DNA of 28,667 bases from a virus (Duplodnaviria; Caudoviricetes): the IMG/VR virus record IMGVR_UViG_3300037991_000421, positions 1 through 28,667 of that record. One strand, written 5' to 3'. Positions within the stretch are counted from its first letter, which is position 1; each line of letters starts with the position of its first letter. The position numbers and the translations under genes were made by a program. Below the pieces are notes generated by a model. That model did not search any database. It was not told the DNA's origin and saw only the letters and a program-made list of their open reading frames with translations. Positions 1-8,272 of the stretch are shown here, piece by piece.

Positions 1-78
1 AAAGAGTCGAATAAGCGATTTGATGAGCAGAAATTTAGAGAATATATCGAGGTAGGTATATATGGTAATACAATATAA
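1..78 (+). CDS. 3' end of a small hypothetical phage protein (partial)
   Basis: Frame 1 is open from the window edge: KESNKRFDEQKFREYIEVGIYGNTI*. It overlaps the next start. Confidence 0.5.
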   Translation, partial: KESNKRFDEQKFREYIEVGIYGNTI

Positions 79-364
79 ATATAAACTTGGAACGCATAGA
101 GATAACAGAAGAATATGGTTGGAGGGTAAAAGACTTAATGACCATGACTTCAAAAAAGATAAGAGGTTTAATATAAGATATGCTACTAATTGTATCATGC
201 TAGAATTTAATGAGCATGGAACGAATAAAGTAAATGGAAGTTATGAGCGACCAATTATTGATATATGTAATCGTCAAGTTGGTTATCATATATTGACAGA
301 TAATGTGATGGTCACATTTGATGTAAGTAATATTTTGATTGAGGGAATTAAAAATGAAACATAA
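62..364 (+). CDS. hypothetical protein, possible SymE/AbrB-like DNA-binding fold
   Basis: GAGGTAGG RBS. Motifs KLGTHRDNRRIWLEGKRL and PIIDI resemble, from recall, the N-terminal region of some plasmid/ICE cytosine methyltransferases. Confidence 0.65.
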   Translation: MVIQYKYKLGTHRDNRRIWLEGKRLNDHDFKKDKRFNIRYATNCIMLEFNEHGTNKVNGSYERPIIDICNRQVGYHILTDNVMVTFDVSNILIEGIKNET

Positions 365-533
365 TTCTGACACAAAGAAAAAGTATAATACAAAAATGAG
401 TTTTACAGACTGGGTTTTAGAACAACAGGAAATGTTGCAGGAACAAATCCTGGACTCTGATGTAGATGAATTGACTGTTCATGAGGAACAAGCAATAACT
501 AATGAATTGCTAAACAAGTGGGGTAGCAAATGA
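354..533 (+). CDS. small acidic hypothetical protein
   Basis: ATG 354 after GAGGGA is preferred to the TTG at 339. Stop overlaps the next ATG (ATGA). Confidence 0.65.
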   Translation: MKHNSDTKKKYNTKMSFTDWVLEQQEMLQEQILDSDVDELTVHEEQAITNELLNKWGSK

Positions 534-1711
534 CCATATTAACAGATTTAAGAAACACTTTTGTTTCAGCTCATACAGAAAAAACTTTGTATGAAGAAAT
601 AAAAGATGTTAGATATAATAGAGGTAGTCTTGATATAAACTCTATGAATAAGTTATTGAGTTTTGAAGATGACTTAAACGCATGGTGTAAAGTTTTAGAT
701 ATTGATGAATATTCTTTTGAGAATTGTCGTAATTGTAATTCATTAGAATATGCTGATGATATGAGAATAGCTTATGATGAAGACGCAATTTGTCAGACTT
801 GTATTGATGATGAATATACCTATTCAGAATATAGAGATACTTATGTGCATTACGAGGACGCAGATGATGAGGAACATTATGATGAAGAGAGTGACGAGGG
901 TGTGTTGCCTTATGATTATAATGTGATGAGAGATTTGACACATACCACAGCACCAAATGAGAGAGTATTACCAGACACCGCATACTATGGTGTTGAGTTG
1001 GAAGTAGAGAAACGCACAAGTGCTACTGAAGACACAGCAAGTGGTGTATTGAGAAACTTTGAATATGATGAGTGTAAGTTTGCATTACTGAAATCTGATG
1101 GAAGTTTATCAAATGGATTTGAGATTGTCAGCTGCCCAGGAACTATCAATGCACATAGATTGTATTGGGAAAAGTTTTTCAAGGGTAGTCATATTAGAGA
1201 TTTAAAAGGTTGGTCTACTGATACAGCAGGTATGCACATACACATATCTAGGTCAGCATTGAGACAATTAGATGTTGGCAAGATATTGGTATTCATAAAT
1301 GATACCAAGAACGAGTCATTTGTAAATCATATCGCTGGTCGTAATGCAGAATCTTGGGCAAAGAAAAGTCCAAAGAAAATTATGGATTGTGTGCAAAGTT
1401 CTGAGAAATATAGTGCTGTGAATACAAGTCATAGAAATACTATTGAGTTGAGAATATTCAAGAGTAATCTATCAAAGCTAGGATTCTTCAGAGTCCTGGA
1501 ATTTGTTGACGCATTAGTTCACTTTGTAAAACAAACGAGTATATCAAAATTACAATATGCGGACTTCTTAGAATACATGGAACAACCAAACATAAGAAGT
1601 CAATACCCAGTTTTCTATGGGTGGCTAACACGCAAGAGTTATTGCATGGGTAAGCCCTCAAGAAAAGTTGATTGGTCTGATGAGCAGAGCAATCTAAGAG
1701 AAATTGCTTAA
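530..1711 (+). CDS. putative amidoligase (COOH-NH2 ligase, Amidoligase_2-like) with an N-terminal Cys-pair region
   Basis: Motifs YGVELEVE, KSDGSL..GFEIVS.P, TAGMHIHIS, EKYSAVN, TIELRIF. N-terminal CRNC..CQTC. Adjacent to a GATase. Confidence 0.85.
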   Translation: MTILTDLRNTFVSAHTEKTLYEEIKDVRYNRGSLDINSMNKLLSFEDDLNAWCKVLDIDEYSFENCRNCNSLEYADDMRIAYDEDAICQTCIDDEYTYSEYRDTYVHYEDADDEEHYDEESDEGVLPYDYNVMRDLTHTTAPNERVLPDTAYYGVELEVEKRTSATEDTASGVLRNFEYDECKFALLKSDGSLSNGFEIVSCPGTINAHRLYWEKFFKGSHIRDLKGWSTDTAGMHIHISRSALRQLDVGKILVFINDTKNESFVNHIAGRNAESWAKKSPKKIMDCVQSSEKYSAVNTSHRNTIELRIFKSNLSKLGFFRVLEFVDALVHFVKQTSISKLQYADFLEYMEQPNIRSQYPVFYGWLTRKSYCMGKPSRKVDWSDEQSNLREIA

Positions 1712-1729
1712 CTGAAAAGGAGTAATATT

Positions 1730-2668
1730 ATGTGCTTAATTATACAAGCAAAAAAGCCACAGATTATCAGTGATACTATGATGAACTGTGCATACTTAAA
1801 CAATGATGATGGCTTTGGACTTATGTTTGCCAACAAGGGTAAAGTCCATGTCCAAAAAATTGGTAAGCCAAAGTCATACAAGTCTATCCAAAAAATATGG
1901 GATAGCTACAAGGATTTAGATTTACCTATCGGTGTTCACTTTAGATTCAACACCAATGGAGAATCTAACAAGGCTATGAGCCACCCTTTCCAAGTGTTAT
2001 CTAAAGACGAGCATTCTAGGGATGTATGGCTTATGCACAATGGTCCACAATTACCCACACCTATGATTGACAAGGGCAAATCTGATACTCATCAGTTTGT
2101 CAAGTGGATATTGAAACCACAACTTGCTAATGAACCAGAGTTGTTATACAACCCAGATTGGCAAGAAATGATTGCCGACATGATTGGCAGCGACAAACTC
2201 TTATTCCTGGATTCTAAGACAGAAGAGTTTACAATCATCAATGAGCAAGAGGGCAAGACTACAGATGATATGTGGCTGTCTAACACATACTCATTACAAC
2301 CCACAGGCAACTATGCTTTGACCAGAGACTATAAGTATAACGCAGATACAGATAGTATGGAAAAGAATACAAGCAAGTGGGATTATGAAGATGAGGACAC
2401 ATGGTATGGTAACTATGGCTATGGCTATGGGGCAAATGATTTCCCTGTAACTAAGACCGAAGTCACTAGGTCAGCAAGACGCATACATGAGAAACCATTG
2501 AACGAGGACAAGAAAGATGTCATGGTCAATGGGTCAAGTATTACTGATGATGATTGGTATGGCATGACACAAGAGGAAGTGTTTGATACTGTATCAGAAA
2601 ACCCTATGGGAACAGCCGAGTGGGTATATGACATCATCTATGATGGCAACAAGAAAGTAGGTAAGTAA
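1730..2668 (+). CDS. class II (Ntn) glutamine amidotransferase with acidic C-terminal tail
   Basis: N-terminal MC nucleophile; NDDGFG, HFRFNTNG, HPF, MHNG, SDT motifs; AAGGAG RBS. Confidence 0.88.
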   Translation: MCLIIQAKKPQIISDTMMNCAYLNNDDGFGLMFANKGKVHVQKIGKPKSYKSIQKIWDSYKDLDLPIGVHFRFNTNGESNKAMSHPFQVLSKDEHSRDVWLMHNGPQLPTPMIDKGKSDTHQFVKWILKPQLANEPELLYNPDWQEMIADMIGSDKLLFLDSKTEEFTIINEQEGKTTDDMWLSNTYSLQPTGNYALTRDYKYNADTDSMEKNTSKWDYEDEDTWYGNYGYGYGANDFPVTKTEVTRSARRIHEKPLNEDKKDVMVNGSSITDDDWYGMTQEEVFDTVSENPMGTAEWVYDIIYDGNKKVGK

Positions 2669-3312
2669 TGATTATCTTTAGAAACTTTGAGAAAGGAACT
2701 TGGGAGTGTGAAAAGCCCAGGAATGGAGGTTCACAACTCACCACTTGGAAACCTATCCACTACGCAGTGCTACTGAAAGACGTAACCTTTGGAATAGTTA
2801 CACACCCTTTCAAAGTAGAAACTTCGTTCCGCCGAAAACCTTTCAGCCCTGTCAAGTTAGCCCATCTGGGAAAGGGGGCAGACTATGGTATAGCAATCAA
2901 AGGAACTGAGATAAACGATAGTGAGTGGAATGATTTGTATGAAGATACAAACAAGATACCTCACAGCACACGCAGACTATGGTCTAAGTATGGCGAGAAA
3001 TTCTACTCACACTTCCCTTTAATGAGGAAGTATTACGAGGAAAATGGTTTGTTGGGTGACGCAACCACACCACTTGGCAGAAGTGGTATCGGAAATGTAA
3101 TCAGCCACAGAACTTTCCCAGCACTGAGAGAGCATGGCGAAAGTAGTTACTTCATACCTTGTGATGTGAAAGCATTGAGGATAGAATACTCAACAGCCTC
3201 ACACATGCATGTATTGTTTGATAGTGAGCAATCTGTAAGGACATGGAGTGATTGGCATAACAAAATAGAACCATCTTGGAAACAGGTAGTTCAAGCCCGT
3301 TATGCAGCTTAA
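2668..3312 (+). CDS. hypothetical protein
   Basis: 214-aa ORF coupled to the GATase gene (TAATG). No recognisable motif. Confidence 0.75.
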   Translation: MIIFRNFEKGTWECEKPRNGGSQLTTWKPIHYAVLLKDVTFGIVTHPFKVETSFRRKPFSPVKLAHLGKGADYGIAIKGTEINDSEWNDLYEDTNKIPHSTRRLWSKYGEKFYSHFPLMRKYYEENGLLGDATTPLGRSGIGNVISHRTFPALREHGESSYFIPCDVKALRIEYSTASHMHVLFDSEQSVRTWSDWHNKIEPSWKQVVQARYAA

Positions 3313-3333
3313 TCCTGGATAATCCAGGTAAGC
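3307..3333 (+). other. hairpin at the end of the amidoligase operon (terminator or processing site)
   Basis: GCTTA-at-CCTGGA-taa-TCCAGG-TAAGC. No U-tract follows. Confidence 0.4.
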
Positions 3334-3342
3334 GAATAAACC

Positions 3343-3546
3343 CGAATAACAATCGGTATTACACGAGGGTCACTATTATTATGTGATAGGGATACATAGT
3401 CTGTATGTATAGTATACCTTACTCTAATACTAGATATAGTATATAATAAATTATTATTATATTTTAAATCGTTTATTAGAGGGGTGTGCGTTCCCTAGAA
3501 AAATGGTAACCATTGAGTAATACCGATACTTTTTCGATGTTATTCG
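3343..3546 (+). other. nested inverted-repeat, AT-rich intergenic element (candidate structured RNA or origin)
   Basis: Pairings 3343-3351/3538-3546, 3352-3362/3517-3527, 3387-3392/3492-3497, 3412-3429/3474-3489, plus local hairpins. Confidence 0.55.
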
Positions 3547-3555
3547 AGAAAACTA

Positions 3556-3584
3556 TTGACGAGAGGAGAAAATTATGCTAGAGT
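3556..3584 (+). promoter_or_regulatory. sigma70-type promoter, extended -10
   Basis: TTGACG-17 nt-TAGAGT, with TGn before the -10. Confidence 0.5.
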
Positions 3585-3685
3585 TATTTTTAATTTATGT
3601 ACTAGGATTTATTTCTTTACCCACATTTTATTGGGTAAGTGTAGCATTACATGAGGTATACTACACATTTAACAAGAGAGACTAA
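3575..3685 (+). CDS. 36-aa hydrophobic small protein (not in ORF track)
   Basis: GAGGAG RBS; MLELFLIYVLGFISLPTFYWVSVALHEVYYTFNKRD*. Confidence 0.5.
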   Translation: MLELFLIYVLGFISLPTFYWVSVALHEVYYTFNKRD

Positions 3686-3697
3686 TGGGAGACAATT

Positions 3698-4225
3698 ATG
3701 AATCCACTTATACCAACTAACGCAATCCAACTGAGGTATGATTCGCCGAGATATGAACCATACTATGATGATGATGGCAACATAGTAGATGAAGAGTGCG
3801 TGGAGTATGGAACAGATATAGTTGAGACATTTATCGAACCGACATTATCTGATGGCATACCTAGATACTACCGACTTCGTTATTCTAACAACGCCAAAGA
3901 CCATAAGAAGAGGTGGTCTAGGTGGGTTCGTAATTCTTTGGGAACTAACAACCCTTACTTTGTAAGAGTGAGCAAGGTAGGTAGACGAGTGTTGTTTACC
4001 TACGACCCAAAGTTATCTGTCGAGCATGAGAAAATTAAGAAGAAGAATCAATGGACACTAAAGAAAGTCCAGGAAATGGAACGCAGCTCAGCTGCATCAC
4101 CAGCTGCGAGGCCCGATGAAATATTCCTGGATATTGGTGACATGGTTGCTAACGCATTGTCAGAACGACAAGAACATATCAACGCAATGGAAGAAAGGAT
4201 AAACAGAGAATATGAAGAAAGATAA
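3698..4225 (+). CDS. hypothetical protein
   Basis: 175-aa ORF with GGGAG RBS. Confidence 0.75.
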   Translation: MNPLIPTNAIQLRYDSPRYEPYYDDDGNIVDEECVEYGTDIVETFIEPTLSDGIPRYYRLRYSNNAKDHKKRWSRWVRNSLGTNNPYFVRVSKVGRRVLFTYDPKLSVEHEKIKKKNQWTLKKVQEMERSSAASPAARPDEIFLDIGDMVANALSERQEHINAMEERINREYEER

Positions 4226-4355
4226 GAAAGAAGAAGATAGACAATGGGAAATCATGACCGACTTCACAATTAATATGTTGTCGCTTGTGATTTCCTTGGG
4301 GGCATTTGCAATAATAGTTTTACTATTTATGTGGATAACAAAGGTGTTTGTATGA
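4212..4355 (+). CDS. 47-aa single-TM small membrane protein (not in ORF track)
   Basis: MKKDKKEEDRQWEIMTDFTINMLSLVISLGAFAIIVLLFMWITKVFV*. It fills the gap and has an ATGA overlap with the next gene. Confidence 0.65.
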   Translation: MKKDKKEEDRQWEIMTDFTINMLSLVISLGAFAIIVLLFMWITKVFV

Positions 4356-4621
4356 AATATATTGTAACAACATGGGAGACCTTGCAGTGTCAATACGAAG
4401 TAGAATCTACTGGTAAAGAACAAGCATGGCAAGATGTTCTCAACAATAAGGGAGTGCAGATAGACAAGATGTGGTCTGATGAGGGGTCATATGTTGTCAA
4501 GGAGAAAGACTTACAAAACCAGGAAGGTGTGCAGCTTGACCCGCAGGTAAACTTTCCTGGTAATGTAGTTGATTTTAAAACTAAGGTCAGGGAATTGCTT
4601 GACAAGAAAGGTAAAAAATGA
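4352..4621 (+). CDS. hypothetical protein
   Basis: Start at ATG 4352 (ATGA coupling) preferred over 4331. Confidence 0.7.
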   Translation: MKYIVTTWETLQCQYEVESTGKEQAWQDVLNNKGVQIDKMWSDEGSYVVKEKDLQNQEGVQLDPQVNFPGNVVDFKTKVRELLDKKGKK

Positions 4622-4627
4622 TATACG
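4599..4627 (+). promoter_or_regulatory. possible sigma70-type promoter
   Basis: TTGACA-17 nt-TATACG with TGn. It lies in coding sequence. Confidence 0.35.
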
Positions 4628-4905
4628 ACTTAGTAAAAGTAAAATGGTTAGACGCAATGTCTGATGATAATTCATGGCAAGATTTATCTGAACTACGACA
4701 GCAACAACTACGCACAGTTGAAACTGTTGGGTGGATTATCCAAGACTTTGGTGACCAGATTGTAACCATATCATCTTATGATGAGGAGTGCAAGACTGGT
4801 GGTGGGGGTGTTGTTATCCCTAAAGTAAACATTGTAGAGATACAACATTTAGAAGGAGGTAGGATTGACCCAAAAGGAATACGACCACAACCCTTATCGG
4901 ACTAG
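4618..4905 (+). CDS. conserved-looking small beta-rich phage protein
   Basis: VKVKWLDA..W, TVGWI and GGGVVIPK pattern, recalled from phage hypothetical proteins. Confidence 0.75.
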   Translation: MIYDLVKVKWLDAMSDDNSWQDLSELRQQQLRTVETVGWIIQDFGDQIVTISSYDEECKTGGGGVVIPKVNIVEIQHLEGGRIDPKGIRPQPLSD

Positions 4906-5305
4906 ATTATTTACATATGGCACACTTAAAAAAGGGGGCAGACTGGAAGGCATGGTGGGAGATGCTGATTACCTGGGTGAATACTTTACATTACACTCAG
5001 TGTTTGATATGATTGATTATCAAAATGCTTTTCCCATTGTCTTTCGTAAATACAAAGAGGGTAAGTCCATCAAAGGACATCTGTATGAGGTAGATTTATC
5101 TGGTATGGATATGATTAATCGTATGGAAACCAATGCGGAATACACACCAATGGTTGTCGATATAATTAATGAACAAGGTAACTTGACAAATGCTTTAATG
5201 TTTGTTAATGCAGTAGCAGAACAACATACTGACGCAATGTACAAAGCGGGGTCAAGTGATAGAAATATTAAAAGAGAGAAAGGATATGTAGAATGGCAAC
5301 ACTAG
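4865..5305 (+). CDS. gamma-glutamyl cyclotransferase (GGCT/AIG2-like)
   Basis: LFTYGTLKKG signature; IKGHLYEV; ..INRME..Y; TTG start with GGAGG RBS. Confidence 0.85.
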   Translation: MTQKEYDHNPYRTRLFTYGTLKKGGRLEGMVGDADYLGEYFTLHSVFDMIDYQNAFPIVFRKYKEGKSIKGHLYEVDLSGMDMINRMETNAEYTPMVVDIINEQGNLTNALMFVNAVAEQHTDAMYKAGSSDRNIKREKGYVEWQH

Positions 5306-5457
5306 GAGGAATACTTGCTTGGATTTCAATCTATGGATTGTTGATAGCAGGTTCAATAAGTTTCTTTTTTCAACCGAACATTATCACATTGTTGGTGTTT
5401 GTATTCACAATGTGGTTGTTCTTATCCAAGAGGAGTAACAATGACAAAAAAGAATAA
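5293..5457 (+). CDS. 54-aa two-TM small membrane protein (not in ORF track)
   Basis: MATLGGILAWISIYGLLIAGSISFFFQPNIITLLVFVFTMWLFLSKRSNNDKKE*. It bridges the flanking genes. Confidence 0.65.
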   Translation: MATLGGILAWISIYGLLIAGSISFFFQPNIITLLVFVFTMWLFLSKRSNNDKKE

Positions 5458-5740
5458 TCCAATGGCGAAGGATTTGATGTCGCCAAAGTATAAACCACGA
5501 GTAAAACAAAGTCGCAAGGCATACAAGAGAGAGTGGGAACTTGATGATGATGTTATGACTGATGGTGATTTTGTTATGGATGGATATTCCATAACACCAA
5601 CAAGACAGAAGTCGTTTGATTTAGATGATGTAAATCTAGACCACGACGATTATGAATATAAACAGGAGGAAATAAATGGGTTGGAATCCGAAGACGCAGA
5701 ACCTATTGCAGTGGACAGATATTTCAGACGCCTTAGATAA
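5441..5740 (+). CDS. hypothetical protein, basic N-terminus and acidic C-terminus
   Basis: ATG 5441 after GAGGAG; KNNPMAKDL..PKYKPRV..SRKAYKR. Confidence 0.7.
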   Translation: MTKKNNPMAKDLMSPKYKPRVKQSRKAYKREWELDDDVMTDGDFVMDGYSITPTRQKSFDLDDVNLDHDDYEYKQEEINGLESEDAEPIAVDRYFRRLR

Positions 5741-5996
5741 GGCAGTAAAATATCTAGACGATACCGAGCGAGAGGAACCTCATGTAGAGATTAAGCATGA
5801 CAATCCTTTCGCTTTGCGTATGCGAATGTATAGATTTGTAAAGGCATTTACTTTACAGATGAAAGACAATGATGTGGTAGATGAGAACAAGTATGCTCAT
5901 CTGTCAATACAAACAACTGATGATGGGGTAATAATTACTTCATCACTTGAACGAAAACCATTGGTCTTAACGACTGATGATGGAGAGGTATTATGA
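5676..5996 (+). CDS. hypothetical protein
   Basis: GGAGG RBS; 106 aa; ATGA coupling with the next gene. Confidence 0.75.
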   Translation: MGWNPKTQNLLQWTDISDALDKAVKYLDDTEREEPHVEIKHDNPFALRMRMYRFVKAFTLQMKDNDVVDENKYAHLSIQTTDDGVIITSSLERKPLVLTTDDGEVL

Positions 5997-6292
5997 AGAA
6001 ACAAAAAGATTATGACAAAAAGGTAGGCGAGTGTATTGATGAAATGAAAGAACCTATCGTAGCACTAAGTAAGAAACATGGGGTTGATGTAATCAATGGA
6101 GCAATGCTTGAGTTATCTTTACGCATGTTCTTAATGAGAACTGGTAGCACCCAGGTTCTTCACATGTTTGCTGCAACGGTATCAAACTTAATTGAGAAAG
6201 GTCCACTCATTGAGGCATATATGCAAGACGCAGACATAGACGAAGTAGATTGGCTGAAGAATGGCAATCTAGTTAAACCAACAATACATTAG
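5993..6292 (+). CDS. hypothetical protein
   Basis: GGAGAGG RBS; 99 aa. Confidence 0.75.
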   Translation: MKKQKDYDKKVGECIDEMKEPIVALSKKHGVDVINGAMLELSLRMFLMRTGSTQVLHMFAATVSNLIEKGPLIEAYMQDADIDEVDWLKNGNLVKPTIH

Positions 6293-6300
6293 GAGAGAAT

Positions 6301-6468
6301 ATGAGTGAGAGAATAGAACATGTACCAACTAAAATGAAACATTGGGAAGATGAAATGTATAACGCTGAGTTCGAGGGTAGGTGGAGAGCATACCATGAAT
6401 TTAAAAAGTTATATGAATATTACAAAGAACTAAATGAAAGGGGGCACGAGTATGAACCAAAATTTTAA
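6301..6468 (+). CDS. 55-aa hypothetical protein (not in ORF track)
   Basis: AGGAGA RBS; MSERIEHVPTKMKHWEDEMYNAEFEGRWRAYHEFKKLYEYYKELNERGHEYEPKF*. Confidence 0.7.
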   Translation: MSERIEHVPTKMKHWEDEMYNAEFEGRWRAYHEFKKLYEYYKELNERGHEYEPKF

Positions 6469-6703
6469 GAAGGTTACGCCGGGCCACGGTCCTTCCTGGT
6501 ATGTCAAGTGGACTGCCAGTGTCGTCATGCTGATTGGCATGGTGTTAACAGCAGTAGAGTATACACCAATCAACTTGTTCTTTCATTTGTTTGGAGTGAC
6601 TGGTTGGTTTATTGTAGGTTGGATGTGGCATGACAGAGCATTGCTTACACTTAATGCAGTAGCCATGTTTATATTTACAGTTGGAATTGTAATGTATTTT
6701 TAG
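6452..6703 (+). CDS. small multi-TM membrane protein (DUF6552-like)
   Basis: WYVKWTAS, P.NLFFHLFGVTGW.IVG..WHDRALL.LN; three hydrophobic helices. Start 6452 preferred. Confidence 0.75.
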   Translation: MNQNFKKVTPGHGPSWYVKWTASVVMLIGMVLTAVEYTPINLFFHLFGVTGWFIVGWMWHDRALLTLNAVAMFIFTVGIVMYF

Positions 6704-6704
6704 C

Positions 6705-6732
6705 TTGACATTTTTTCTAACTGTGATAGTAT
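6705..6732 (+). promoter_or_regulatory. sigma70-type promoter, extended -10
   Basis: Intergenic TTGACA-16 nt-TAGTAT with TGn. Confidence 0.6.
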
Positions 6733-6756
6733 TAAATAATAAATAAAGGAGACGAT

Positions 6757-7017
6757 ATGAAATATGATGTAGTGACTTCGCATATGTATGTGCAACATTG
6801 GACAGTTGAGGCTGAGAGTAAAGACAAAGCCGAAGAACTTTTCAAGAAAGTAAATATAGATTGGGATAAACAACGAAGACAATATGTTTTAAAAGAACCC
6901 CATGATAAAATACAAGAAGGTTTGGTAGTGATACCTGACGCTGAGCTGCGGGCTGTGATGCCAATACCTGGACAAACAGAACCTAGCTTTACAAAATTAG
7001 GAGAGAGTAATGACTGA
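6757..7017 (+). CDS. hypothetical protein
   Basis: AAGGAG RBS; VEAESKDKAEE pattern. Confidence 0.75.
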   Translation: MKYDVVTSHMYVQHWTVEAESKDKAEELFKKVNIDWDKQRRQYVLKEPHDKIQEGLVVIPDAELRAVMPIPGQTEPSFTKLGESND

Positions 7018-7234
7018 TGAATTAGAAATACCTGTTGACTTATTAGAGAAAGACCCATTGGATTTAGCTGAAAGTGATGAAGACATAAATAAAATTGTTG
7101 AGTATCTTAAAGCTACCAGGGAAAACATCAGAGCAACAGAGGCTGCAGGTAAACGTATCACCAGCAAAGCCGCTAGAACTAAACCAAAACAATTTGAAAC
7201 TAATGTGTTAGACATGTTAGTAAAGGAGACATAA
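7010..7234 (+). CDS. hypothetical protein
   Basis: AGGAG RBS; coupled to the nuclease gene. Confidence 0.75.
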   Translation: MTDELEIPVDLLEKDPLDLAESDEDINKIVEYLKATRENIRATEAAGKRITSKAARTKPKQFETNVLDMLVKET

Positions 7235-8163
7235 TGGAACAACCAGATAGACTAAAGAAGTTTGTATTACAAGATGGTAGACCTATTCAAAAGATATGGG
7301 ATACATCAAGTCTATCATCATTCCTTTCATGCCCCCGACTATACAATTACTCTAACTTGCAGGGGTACAAGTCAAAGACTTATGGCATGGCAACTGGATT
7401 TGGTTCGGCTGTGCACGAAGGATTTGAGGTCCTTGACGCAGAGAAATTCAAGGGGGCAAGTAAAGAAGAAGCTGTTGTCGCAGCTATCAAGTATGTTCTC
7501 CTGGAATTTGGCGAGGCACTTAACCTATCAGAAGATAAGGCAAGAGGACTGACCTCTGTTCTTCGTGCAATAGTATGGAGAGCAGAGGAATACTGGGATG
7601 ATTTGTTTGAGATAGCAACCATGCCAGATGGTTCGCCATGTCTTGAGCAAAGGTTTGAAGTTCCCTTTGGTAATGGAGAGTATAGATTCTCTGGTCGTAT
7701 TGATAAGATAGTTCAACTTGATGGCAAGTTATATCTGTGTGATGTAAAGACTACAAAGAGTACACTTAACTCTAATTACTTTAGTAACTTCATGCCTAAC
7801 AACCAGGTATTCTCATACATCTGGGCAGCGCGAGAAGTTCTAGGTTTAGATGTTGCAGGATTTATTATTGACGCAGTGCAAACTGGCGTTCACTTTACTA
7901 GGTTTGATCGAAGTGTGTACAATGTACCAACTGATTTAATAATGGAGTGGTACAAAGACGCAATGCATACATTAGATGTATCAACTAATTATTTTAACAA
8001 GCAGTATTATCCTGCGGATTTTACTGCATGTAACAACTATGGTGGTTGTAGATTTAAAGAAGTGTGTTCGGCATCACCGTCTCGGAGAGATATATTCCTG
8101 GACAATGACTTTGATAAAGAACCACACCCAGATTTGAAGGAGGCATATGACAAAGCAGTATAG
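7234..8163 (+). CDS. PD-(D/E)XK exonuclease, Cas4/AddB-like, with putative 4Fe-4S staple
   Basis: SCPR, FGSAVH, E.RF, SGRIDKI, DVKTT, Q...Y and C-terminal C-x5-C-x5-C. Confidence 0.85.
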   Translation: MEQPDRLKKFVLQDGRPIQKIWDTSSLSSFLSCPRLYNYSNLQGYKSKTYGMATGFGSAVHEGFEVLDAEKFKGASKEEAVVAAIKYVLLEFGEALNLSEDKARGLTSVLRAIVWRAEEYWDDLFEIATMPDGSPCLEQRFEVPFGNGEYRFSGRIDKIVQLDGKLYLCDVKTTKSTLNSNYFSNFMPNNQVFSYIWAAREVLGLDVAGFIIDAVQTGVHFTRFDRSVYNVPTDLIMEWYKDAMHTLDVSTNYFNKQYYPADFTACNNYGGCRFKEVCSASPSRRDIFLDNDFDKEPHPDLKEAYDKAV

Positions 8164-8272
8164 AGAAAAACAATACACCCCACCTAAGAAGTGGTATAAC
8201 AATACAAGTTCATTATTAAATATAATAGCTGTGTTGTTAGTATTAAACTTATTCTTTTCAATAATATTATGA
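8147..8272 (+). CDS. 41-aa small membrane protein (not in ORF track)
   Basis: AAGGAGG RBS; MTKQYREKQYTPPKKWYNNTSSLLNIIAVLLVLNLFFSIIL*. Confidence 0.6.
   Translation: MTKQYREKQYTPPKKWYNNTSSLLNIIAVLLVLNLFFSIIL

Noticed and set aside
2405-2431. TATGGC microrepeat
   Set aside because: It simply encodes YGNYGYGYG in the GATase tail.
4082-4108. GC-rich inverted repeat CGCAGCT...AGCTGCG
   Set aside because: It is short, lies inside Ala/Ser-rich coding sequence and has no supporting context.
7234-8163. Cas4-like nuclease as evidence of CRISPR-Cas
   Set aside because: No repeat-spacer array or other cas genes are present; the context is a phage recombination module.
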